From NCBI GenBank assembly GCA_965231215.1, contig OZ246423.1, positions 256,001 to 320,000 of the forward strand: a stretch of 64,000 nucleotides of DNA, given 5' to 3'. Origin of the DNA: Candidatus Altimarinota bacterium (GTDB lineage: Bacteria; Patescibacteriota; Gracilibacteria; UBA4473). Under the pieces are notes generated by a model. That model made no database searches. It worked only from the letters and a program-made list of their open reading frames with translations, and was not told the DNA's origin. Shown here in pieces: positions 10,272 through 19,300 of this stretch (the stretch's first letter is position 1; each line of letters begins with the position of its first letter). Made by a program: the position numbers and the translations under genes.

Positions 10272-12647
10272 TTAGGCCGTTAGTGTAAATTGTTTTTGGC
10301 GGTTTCTCAGCCAGCGGCGAACCAGTCCAAAAATGACAATCAAAATCGGCATGATAAGAACATTTGCCCAACGTATAGTGGCTTTAGCCTCATCTGACAT
10401 GAGTTTTATTGGACGATCGGTAATTTGTTTAGAACGGATAGAAATCAATGATTCTCCAATGGTTAGAGCATCAATAGCATTACTCATAAATACTAGATTT
10501 TCAGGAGAGTTTTGAATGAACTCTCGGGTGATGAATCGAGTATTGGGTACAAACAAGAATTTTCCTTCTCCCTCTCGCTGTGCCATAACCGCTAATGGAA
10601 GCGGTTCTCGTTCTTCTCGAGTGATTCCAAACTCCTGCTGAGGATCGAGTGAAATCATGGTATCTGTCCAGACTTCTTTCATTTCTGGCTCGGGAGTTTC
10701 TTCATTATTTTCTGCTTCTGAGTTTTCGCCACCCCCTTCAACTTCAGACTTTTCAGTAGATCCCTCAGGTTCTACTGGCACTTTGCTCAGTTGTTTTCCT
10801 GGAAGTTCTTGATAATACGGTGAAGTTTGAGCGAGTACTTCGATATTAACATCGTCTTTTTCAGTTACTTCAATCGGGCTTACCCAAGGGAACGTGACAC
10901 TTGGAAGATCCCCAGTAATAGCATTTTCTTTCGCTAGATCGACTGATTTTACCCAGAGAGGGTATGGAAGACTCATGCGAAAAAAACCTCCAGAAAAGCT
11001 CGCATTATCATTTACCGCATCAGCAATAAGGCTCGTTCGGATATTCAATCCGTAGTCCTCCAAAATATTGGCGAAGTCAGTAGAAGCATTCTGGGTGAAT
11101 GAACCAAGTACATTAATAGCATCCGTTAGAAAGATAATATTTTTACCCTCGGTTGATAAAGATTTCAGCTTTTCAGCCTCTTCATCCGTAAAATCCTCTG
11201 TAGCGCCCGCAATAATCAAAGTTTGCAGTTCCGAAAGATTTTCATCTTCTAGGGTTACACTTCGAACTTCATAGTTTTTACTCAAAACATCCTGCAATGG
11301 AATCTCATCTTCTCCACCTTCTCGGAATCTTCGTTCCAAATTACTCAGGGTTTTCGTTCCATGGTCGCTTAAAAAGCCAATGATCGGTAGTTTTTCCGTA
11401 GAAACTTTCTTTATGGCTGAGGTGAGTTGGTACTCAAAGTCACTCAAATCGGTAATCGCTGGTAAAGTTTCAAATTTAGTAAATCGTTCAGAAAATTCGG
11501 TTTTAGAACTATCTTCGGTGGTAACCGCCAATCCCAAATAAGCTTGTACTACTTGCTGTTGATCTCGTTCGATCACTTGTAATTGAAGGGGTAATACACC
11601 AAATTGATATACCCAATTTTGAGCGTCTTCATCTGTTTTTGGATCAAGAATTTCTAACTCAAGATGTCCACTACTTCGAGATTCATATTCATCAAGCATA
11701 TCTTGAACATCTCGAGATAAGCTTTGCATTTGAGCTGGAATATTGCTCGATATAAACGCTTTAATGGAAACTGGCTTTTCGAGTGTTTCCAAGATGTCTT
11801 TTGATGCGGTTGAAAGGGTGTAATTTTTATTAGCCGTTCCATCAAAACGTGCGAAAGCAAACTGACTCCCAATGTTGAGTAAAATAGCGACTAAAACCGT
11901 AACGGCTGTAGCACTTCGCCAGAAAAGACGCTTTGGCCAAAAGGAAGCGGACAAGAAAGCCATATTAGCCAGTAAAAACAAGCTTATAAAGCTGACATAG
12001 AAGATAATGTCTCGAGTATCAATAACTCCACGAATCATCGATTTATAGTGAGCGCCCAAACCAATTTGTCCTAAAATTTCTCCAATCACGCTCGGAAAAA
12101 AGATGGTCACAAAGCCTTCTCCAACAATGTAGAAAGCAAAACACACCAAGATAGAAATAAGAAAGGCGACAATTTGGTTTTTCGTAATAGCCGAGACGAG
12201 CAAGCCAATCGAAATGTACGCACACCCGAGCAGTAAGGCTCCCAGATAAGAAATCCAAACCACACCCCAGTCAAGGCTTCCAAGGGTTGAGACAGAAAAG
12301 GCAAATGGCAGCGTCAAAGCTAAGGCGAGCAGTAAAAAGAGTCCAATACTGGCGGCTTTGGCAAGCACGATTTTTATGGGGGATATTCCGCTGGTAAATA
12401 AAGTCTCAATGGTTCCAGACCTTGTTTCTTCCGCCCAAGAACGCATGGTAAAGCTCGGAATCAGGAAAAGGAATGTCCACGGCAGTAAGAGAAAAAAGTC
12501 TCTCATGTCAGCTTGTCCAAGTAGAAAGAACGTTCGAAAGAACATCCAACCACTAAAACTAAGAAAGACCGCTAAAAAGACATACCCAATAGCAGAGTTA
12601 AAGAATATACGAAATTCTTTCTGAATAATGGCTAAAATTGATTTCAT
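10272..12647 (-). CDS. GldF-GldG fusion: ABC-2 permease plus periplasmic GldG-like domain
   Basis: KEFRIFFNSAIGY, TMRSWAEETRSGTIETL, RGVIDTRDIIFY (GldF-like); RFDGTANKNYTLS, FEYQLTSAI, ISIRSK plus C-terminal TM (GldG-like). Confidence 0.85.
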   Translation of the reverse strand: MKSILAIIQKEFRIFFNSAIGYVFLAVFLSFSGWMFFRTFFLLGQADMRDFFLLLPWTFLFLIPSFTMRSWAEETRSGTIETLFTSGISPIKIVLAKAASIGLFLLLALALTLPFAFSVSTLGSLDWGVVWISYLGALLLGCAYISIGLLVSAITKNQIVAFLISILVCFAFYIVGEGFVTIFFPSVIGEILGQIGLGAHYKSMIRGVIDTRDIIFYVSFISLFLLANMAFLSASFWPKRLFWRSATAVTVLVAILLNIGSQFAFARFDGTANKNYTLSTASKDILETLEKPVSIKAFISSNIPAQMQSLSRDVQDMLDEYESRSSGHLELEILDPKTDEDAQNWVYQFGVLPLQLQVIERDQQQVVQAYLGLAVTTEDSSKTEFSERFTKFETLPAITDLSDFEYQLTSAIKKVSTEKLPIIGFLSDHGTKTLSNLERRFREGGEDEIPLQDVLSKNYEVRSVTLEDENLSELQTLIIAGATEDFTDEEAEKLKSLSTEGKNIIFLTDAINVLGSFTQNASTDFANILEDYGLNIRTSLIADAVNDNASFSGGFFRMSLPYPLWVKSVDLAKENAITGDLPSVTFPWVSPIEVTEKDDVNIEVLAQTSPYYQELPGKQLSKVPVEPEGSTEKSEVEGGGENSEAENNEETPEPEMKEVWTDTMISLDPQQEFGITREEREPLPLAVMAQREGEGKFLFVPNTRFITREFIQNSPENLVFMSNAIDALTIGESLISIRSKQITDRPIKLMSDEAKATIRWANVLIMPILIVIFGLVRRWLRNRQKQFTLTA

Positions 12648-13573
12648 TTTTGTTGTTGGGTTAAGTGTCTAAAGATGTCTTCTAGTGAAGCTTTTTGGAG
12701 AGAAAGACCGATCAAATCTAATTTTGCCTGAATAACTTTTCGAGCCACTTCCGCTCGACAGTCATTGTCCGCATGAACAAGAAGTATATGATCTGATTTT
12801 TCTACATGAGTTACTCCTTTTATGGCCTCAACAGCTTTTTTAGCTTTGGTTATATCAGACGCTTTACCGTCAATTTCTACCGCAATATGGAATTGCGCTT
12901 CACTACTCCCAAAAGATAGTTTTGATTTTTCACTTTCCTCGATCACTTGTCCGTTATTGATAACTATTACGTTATCAGCCATAGCTTCTACCTCTTGCAT
13001 GATATGGGTAGAGAGAAGGATCGTTTTGTCTTCTTTCCACGAAGCAATCAGCTCTCGGATTTCTAAAATCTGATTGGGGTCAAGCCCGGTGGTGGGTTCA
13101 TCCAAGATCAAAATCTCCGGATCATGAATGATGGCTTGAGCAAGTCCGACTCTTTGTTTATACCCTTTGGAAAGTTCTGAAATATCGAAGTAAAGTTTTT
13201 CACTTAAACCACAAGATTTAGCGACAATTCGAATGCGTTTTTCTCTCTCAGATTCAGGAATGCCATGTATTTTGGCACTAAAGTCTAAGTGTTCCCATAC
13301 ATTGAGTTCGGGATAGAGAGGCGCATTTTCAGGTAGATACCCGATATGGCTCTGGAGACGTTCTCGGTTTTTTTCGGTTAAGACCTCACCATCAATGAGC
13401 ACCTGCCCACTACTGGCCTCTAAAAAACCTGTAATTATCTTCATAGAGGTGGTTTTCCCCGCTCCATTTGGACCGAGGAGAGCGGTGATTTTTCCTTTTT
13501 CAATGGTGAAATTCACGCCGTCTAGAGCGATAAAATTTCCATAACGTTTTTGTATATTTTGGAGTTCAATCAT
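12644..13573 (-). CDS. ABC transporter ATP-binding protein (GldA-like)
   Basis: GPNGAGKTT, LSKGYKQRVGLAQA, LILDEPTTGLDPNQ; stop overlaps the next ATG. Confidence 0.92.
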   Translation of the reverse strand: MIELQNIQKRYGNFIALDGVNFTIEKGKITALLGPNGAGKTTSMKIITGFLEASSGQVLIDGEVLTEKNRERLQSHIGYLPENAPLYPELNVWEHLDFSAKIHGIPESEREKRIRIVAKSCGLSEKLYFDISELSKGYKQRVGLAQAIIHDPEILILDEPTTGLDPNQILEIRELIASWKEDKTILLSTHIMQEVEAMADNVIVINNGQVIEESEKSKLSFGSSEAQFHIAVEIDGKASDITKAKKAVEAIKGVTHVEKSDHILLVHADNDCRAEVARKVIQAKLDLIGLSLQKASLEDIFRHLTQQQK

Positions 13574-13584
13574 CTTATAGAGCG

Positions 13585-14154
13585 TTAATCGGTAGTAATA
13601 GGAATAACATCTGTTGAAGCTGGTTCAACTGATTTTTTTGGCAGAGTTATAGTAAGGGTTCCGTCTTTGTATTTTGCTTCTGTAGCTGATTTGTCTACAG
13701 GATGAGGCAGAAGGATTTGGCGGGCAAAGCTCCCACTTAATCGCTCTCGGTAGTAATATTTTTTATCATCTTTTTCTTCTGACTCCTGATTTTCTTTCTT
13801 TCCCTGAACCATGAGCCAGCGATCATTTTTAACTTCTACTTCAATATCTTCCAGATCAAAGTGTGGAATATCAATCGTAGCAACTAATTGATCTTCTTGT
13901 TCTTCTAAATCGAGGGGGTAGTTGTTCGCTATCGAAATTCTAGGAAAAGAAAAATCCCATAAGTTACTATTCCAACGATTCATAAAGTTTCGATGATAGG
14001 AAAAGAAAGGGTCATCAAAAAAGGGATCATCCCAAATATCTTGGTATCGATTATTGTTCGTTTCTTCATTTCGTTCCCACCAAAAAGCATGGGCTGTAGT
14101 GTGACTCAACAAAATAAGGCCGAGCAAAAAAACAGATATGATTTTTTTCATCAT
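13585..14154 (-). CDS. Hsp20/alpha-crystallin protein with a predicted N-terminal signal peptide
   Basis: MMKKIISVFLLGLILLSHTTAHA|F; ERLSGSFARQILLP, AKYKDGTLTITLPK, terminal VIPI motif. Confidence 0.85.
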   Translation of the reverse strand: MMKKIISVFLLGLILLSHTTAHAFWWERNEETNNNRYQDIWDDPFFDDPFFSYHRNFMNRWNSNLWDFSFPRISIANNYPLDLEEQEDQLVATIDIPHFDLEDIEVEVKNDRWLMVQGKKENQESEEKDDKKYYYRERLSGSFARQILLPHPVDKSATEAKYKDGTLTITLPKKSVEPASTDVIPITTD

Positions 14155-14220
14155 TAAAAAGGTTAGAAAATAATTAAGCATTCCCAGCCCCTAAGTTAAG
14201 AGACTGGGAATATAAAAGAT

Positions 14221-14700
14221 CTACTTCAGAAGTTTCACTTTTAGACTTTTGCGCTTACTTTCTTCCCTTTTGGGGATTTCGATCGTTAATACTCCGTTTT
14301 TAGAACTGCACTCTGCTTCTTCTAAATGAGCAGAAGCAGGAAATTGAAGTTTCTGATAAAAAGAACCACTCATACGTTCATTTCTGAGGTATTTACTAGA
14401 ATTTTCTTCAGAAGCAGATTCGCGACTTCCATGAACAATAAGAGCATTATCTTCGATTTCGACAGAAACATCGTCAGGATCAAATCCTGGCAAGTCCATC
14501 TGAGCGATAAATTTATGTTCTTCTTCACGAACATCCATTGCTGGGCTCATGTGGTGCTTAGTTGATCCATGTGTGTCAAAAAATGGATCTTGAAAAAATG
14601 GGGAAGTTCCCCAGAAATCTCCAAAAAAATTTCCTAGACTAGAGTCAAAAGGAGATGGAGAAAGCGTTTGTGGCCGATGCCGAACGATTCTTGTACTCAT
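14221..14700 (-). CDS. Hsp20/alpha-crystallin small heat-shock protein (cytoplasmic)
   Basis: PAMDVREEE, DLPG, ERMSGSF, KNGVLTIEIPK. Confidence 0.92.
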   Translation of the reverse strand: MSTRIVRHRPQTLSPSPFDSSLGNFFGDFWGTSPFFQDPFFDTHGSTKHHMSPAMDVREEEHKFIAQMDLPGFDPDDVSVEIEDNALIVHGSRESASEENSSKYLRNERMSGSFYQKLQFPASAHLEEAECSSKNGVLTIEIPKREESKRKSLKVKLLK

Positions 14701-14722
14701 GATGAATAAAGATTAAGAAATA

Positions 14723-14762
14723 TTAGCAGTCTCATTATAAGACTGCCAAAAAAGAGAGTCAA
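14723..14762 (-). promoter_or_regulatory. CIRCE-like (HrcA) operator overlapping a sigma70 promoter of the hsp20 cluster
   Basis: TTAGCAGTC-N9-GACTGCCAA (14723-14749) versus consensus TTAGCACTC-N9-GAGTGCTAA; minus-strand TTGACT(14757-62)-17 nt-TATAAT(14734-39). Confidence 0.8.
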
Positions 14763-14912
14763 GAAAACTTATATTGACAAAGTCAATTTCTTGAAATTTT
14801 GATAAATTTTTAAGGGTAAAAATGTGACCGATGCACTATGAGGATAGGGCTGGAGGATAAAACTAAGCTTGAGATCTTGTTGAGCTTTATGGGGATTGAT
14901 ACAGTTTTTGAA

Positions 14913-14940
14913 GTGGGTTCGAATCCCATCCTCTCCGCCA
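14913..14940 (+). repeat. 28-bp direct repeat of the tRNA-Ser 3' end (attR-like)
   Basis: gtgggttcgaatcccatcctctccgcca is identical to 9416-9443; a degenerate third copy lies at ~15059-15080. Confidence 0.9.
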
Positions 14941-14944
14941 TTTT

Positions 14945-14973
14945 AAAAATATCAGGCTTATGCCTGATTTTTT
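14945..14973 (+). terminator. Terminator-like hairpin after the tRNA-end repeat
   Basis: atcaggc-ttat-gcctgat followed by a T tract. Confidence 0.65.
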
Positions 14974-15196
14974 CAAGTAACTCGGAAGGTATGAGAACCC
15001 GTATCTGAAAGAGGGGTTCGATACACAGTCACGCTAAAAACTTTTCAAAAGCTTGAGTAATCCCTGTCTCTCCGCCAGAAAAACAGACCATAAGGCATTA
15101 AATTAATCTCGGCATACAGAAGATTGATCCCTCTCTTTTAGAGGTAAATTGAGTCAGTAACCCAATACTTATCTACCTAAACTTTAAAAAGAAAAA

Positions 15197-16030
15197 CTAT
15201 TTAATAGTTTGCCCTGGCAAAATAAGATCAAGAACTCCGTGCCCCATCCATTTTTTAATAAATTTGGCTACTTTTCCATCTAGGTTTGGCGTGTACCTTC
15301 TTTTAGGCGCACTACTTCGAGCTGCATGCAGCACCGCCTTGGCTATCGTGTCTGGGGATGCCCCGTTATCAACTCCTTTACTCCAGTGGGCCCGAAAATT
15401 TTTCATCTGCGTTTTATAAGGCGCGGCATTCGGATGTTTTTCACATTTATCAAGGTAGGGTAAACTGGCGTTATCAATATCCGTATCGATATACCCCGGC
15501 TCTATAAGCGATACCTTAATACCAAAGGCTTTCACCTCCATTCGAAGTGCATCTCCAAGCGCTTGTTGTGCATGTTTAGTGGCTGGGTACCAAGCCATAC
15601 CAGGCAACGAAACATGACCAGCACTTGAAGAACAGATAATAACTCGACCAAATTGTTGGGCTCTCATATGTGGTAAAACCGCAGTAAGCACCCTAGCATT
15701 CCCCAACACATTCACATCAAACTGGTAGCGCACATCTTCAATATCTTGCAGCTCTACTGGCCCCAAAAGACAAAATCCCGCATTGGCAAATAACGCATCA
15801 ATACGCCCTTCTTTTTCAATGATCGTATCCACCACTTTTTGCACGGCCTCATCATCGGTTACATCACAGTGCATAGCGATGGCTCCAAGAGCTTCTAAAT
15901 CTTTCATTAGTTCGACACGACGAGCCACACCATAGACTTTAAATCCATTTTCCTGCAGCATTTTTGCCGAAGCGTGTCCGATTCCAGTTGAAGCACCAGT
16001 AACCAGTGCAATTTTTTGAGAATTTTTCAT
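15197..16030 (-). CDS. Short-chain dehydrogenase/reductase
   Basis: VTGASTGIG, ANAG, YPATK (YxxxK). Confidence 0.92.
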   Translation of the reverse strand: MKNSQKIALVTGASTGIGHASAKMLQENGFKVYGVARRVELMKDLEALGAIAMHCDVTDDEAVQKVVDTIIEKEGRIDALFANAGFCLLGPVELQDIEDVRYQFDVNVLGNARVLTAVLPHMRAQQFGRVIICSSSAGHVSLPGMAWYPATKHAQQALGDALRMEVKAFGIKVSLIEPGYIDTDIDNASLPYLDKCEKHPNAAPYKTQMKNFRAHWSKGVDNGASPDTIAKAVLHAARSSAPKRRYTPNLDGKVAKFIKKWMGHGVLDLILPGQTIK

Positions 16031-16041
16031 GAAATTTTAAA

Positions 16042-16055
16042 TGAGTACTTACTCA
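16042..16055. promoter_or_regulatory. Candidate TetR-type operator
   Basis: tgagt-actt-actca palindrome; 13/14 identical to 51991-52004 upstream of the hydrolase-tetR pair. Confidence 0.5.
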
Positions 16056-16396
16056 CTTTGTAAATTATAACTTGGAAGTCAAATTAATTTTTTAACGCGC
16101 TAATGAACTCTCAATTCATTTAAAGCTCTAAAGTTTTTTCCAAATTTTTGATTTTTTAGAAATGGTTCTGAGTGAGCATTAACCCGTGTTTTTAGAAAAA
16201 TATTTTTTCATTGAAAATTTTTTTTGTCAATTAATTTTTTAGTTTTTAGTTTTTTACTTAAAGGATATCTTCACTTTTTTTTATCGTCTTTTTTTGAGCA
16301 CAAAAATAGTTCTTAATCTTGACTTAATATTCACATAGTAGAACTTTAGATAATTTTATGTTCCAATAAACAGGTACAAAAATGTGATTTTTTAAA

Positions 16397-19300
16397 ATGA
16401 ATCAAAAATTCCCTCATCGGTTGCTGGTTTCACTGTGTGTCGTATCTTTCGTATTTTTTAATAACGCCTCCCTTGCTCTGGCTGCCCCTGGGGGAGTGCA
16501 GACTGATCTGGGGTTGTGGCTCAAGGCTAATGCCGGCGTCTTCTCTGACGCGGGGACAACCGCCGCCACCGATGGAGCGGAGATTCAGGAGTGGCAGGAT
16601 CAATCCAGTGCCGGTATTGACGCGACAGAAGCAACCAATAGTAATCAGAGGCCGACTTTTCAGAGCGATGCAGCTAACCTGGTAAATTTTAATCCCTCCG
16701 TTCTCTTTGATGGGTCAAATGACAGATTTTTGCTGGATAGCAATAGTATAGCCCTGGGAAACACGAGCTATTCGTTTCGCGCGGTCAGTACGGTAGGAAC
16801 CAATAGCAATGGAAACGCCATTCTCGGTAGCGCCGGTACCGGTACTCGAAAAAGTACATTATTAGAGCTTAACGCGGGGAGTCCTCCGCAGGTGTTTTCT
16901 TTCTGGCAGGCTACTAATTTGAGCGCGGATGCCACCAATGTTGACAACGATGATATTGTGATTGTAGGAGATAATTATGACAATACGGTCGGGCGAACGG
17001 TTTTTTCCAATGGTCTGCAAATAGGCTCAAACGCAAATACTAGTCATAGTGCGACAGATGGGCTCATAAAAGTAGGAGAGTTTTCTACTACTGGGAGTAC
17101 CGCTGACCGGTTTACTGGGCGAATGATGGAAGTTATCGCGTATTCGAATACTAAAAGTTCAACCGAACTTAATAGGATAGATGCTTATCTGGCGCTCAAA
17201 TACGGAATCACTCTTGATCAAGCGGTCGCCACCGCCTACTTAGCCAGTGATGGTAGTACCAAGATGTGGGACGAGACGGTCAATGCTACCTATAACAACG
17301 ATATCTTTGGTATTGGGCGTGATGACGGATCGAACCTAGATCAAAGAGTATCAAAATCTCTAAATGATGATGCCATCCTGACGGTAGCATTAGATAATGA
17401 CTTTACCAGTGCCAATAATGACGCCAGTCGTACTACAGCCTTTGGTAGTGATTTAAGTTTTCTGATGTTTGCCAACAATAATGGGGCGGCCACCTTTGCG
17501 GTAGCCGGCACTAACCAAGTGCTTGACCGCGTGTGGCAAGTCCAAGAAGAAGGGACGGTAGGCTCCGTGCAACTACAGTTTGACATGGATGACGCGGACT
17601 TTGATATAGCAACGCTAGACAGATACGAGCTACTGGTTGATACCGATAACGATGCAGACTTTAGTGACGAAACCCCTGTCAGTATGACCAATACTACGGG
17701 GAGTCTCTGGAGCACTTCCTTTGATTTTACTGATGGGCAGCTATTTACGGTAGCCCTTGGAAACGCCGCTCCAACTGACATCGCCCTTGATGGAGGTAAT
17801 AGCGATACGATTATTGAAAATACCGTGGCCAACACGGATATTGGTACGCTCACCACAACAGACTCTGATGTTGCAGACACCCATACTTACAGTTTGGCCT
17901 GTAGTGTGGCTGGGGCTGACGACAGCCATTTCGCCATTGTTGGGGATAAACTGCAAAATACGACTGTCTTTGATTATGAAACGCCCGTAGACGCTAACAC
18001 GGACAATAGCTATGAAGTCTGTGTTCGTGTCACTGATTCAGGAGTGGGCAATGCGACCTATGATGAAATTCTAACGGTGGTGGTTCAAGATATTGTCGAC
18101 GAAACTCCGCCCGTGATCAGTGAAACCACCCCGGTCGATACCCCTACGAATGATAGCACCCCAAGCTACACTTTCACTACCGACGAAGCCGGGACTATCA
18201 CCTATGGAGGTAGCTGTAGTAGTGCCACTACGGCGGCCGTAGTCGGACCAAACACCGTTGACTTTAATACCTTAGCGGAAGGCCCCTACACCGATTGTAC
18301 AATCACGGTTACTGATGCCGCTAGTAATGTGTCTAATCAAATTACCGTTAGTAGCTTTACGATTGATACAACGGCGCCAACGACGACCCCACCAAGTCCA
18401 GGAGTAACGACGCCGAGCTCAGGACCGGTGAATGCAACCGTGACCATTCCTGCCGGTAGTTGTGGAGCCGATTACGCAAACGGAACGGCCCTTTGGAATA
18501 CGAATCCAGCCGGACAAATTAATCCTCACCCAACCACGGTGAGTCTCGATGCCAGTGGAGACTACCCTCAAACGGTACTCGATACTTCTGGGTCTTCTGG
18601 TTCCTTTGATCTCACCTTAACTTGTACAGACCAAGCCGGAAACCCTGGCCCTACTCTCGATCCAGCTGTCGGTTCCTTTACCGCTGACCATGTCGCCCCT
18701 GTAATAGCTATTGATTCCCCTCTCATGGGAGATGATATCTTTAATGCCTCTGAAGCAGGAACGGTCACCATCAGTGGTTCCACTGATGCCGAAGACGGCC
18801 AAACCGTTGCCGTTTCCGTCGGCACCGTTAGTGGTAACACGACCGCCTCTTCTGGAACCTGGTCACTCGTCTTAGACCTCTCTGGTGAAGCCAACGGGTC
18901 TTTGGCCATAACCGCAGACGTCAGCGACATCGCTGGTAATGCAGCTACTCAAGCAACCGCTTCTATTACTAAAGATGCGGCCGCCCCTACTACAACACCA
19001 CCTACTCCTGGAGTAACAACCCCTGCGGTAGGGCCAGTCGGCCCAACCGTAACCATTCCTGCCGGTAGTTGTGGAGCCGATTACGCAAACGGAACGGCCC
19101 TTTGGAATACGAATCCAGCCGGACAAATTAATCCTCACCCAACCACGGTGAGTCTCGATGCCAGTGGAGACTACCCTCAAACGGTACTCGATACTTCTGG
19201 GTCTTCTGGTTCCTTTGATCTCACCTTAACTTGTACAGACCAAGCTGGAAACCCTGGCCCTACTCTCGATCCAGCTGTCGGTTCCTTTACCGCTGACCAT

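Noticed and set aside
10272-13573. Gliding motility machinery
   Set aside because: GldA/F/G-like ABC systems are widespread outside gliding Bacteroidetes, and no other gld/spr genes are present.
14913-14940. Second tRNA-Ser gene
   Set aside because: Only the T-arm and acceptor 3' strand are present; the upstream sequence cannot form D or anticodon arms.
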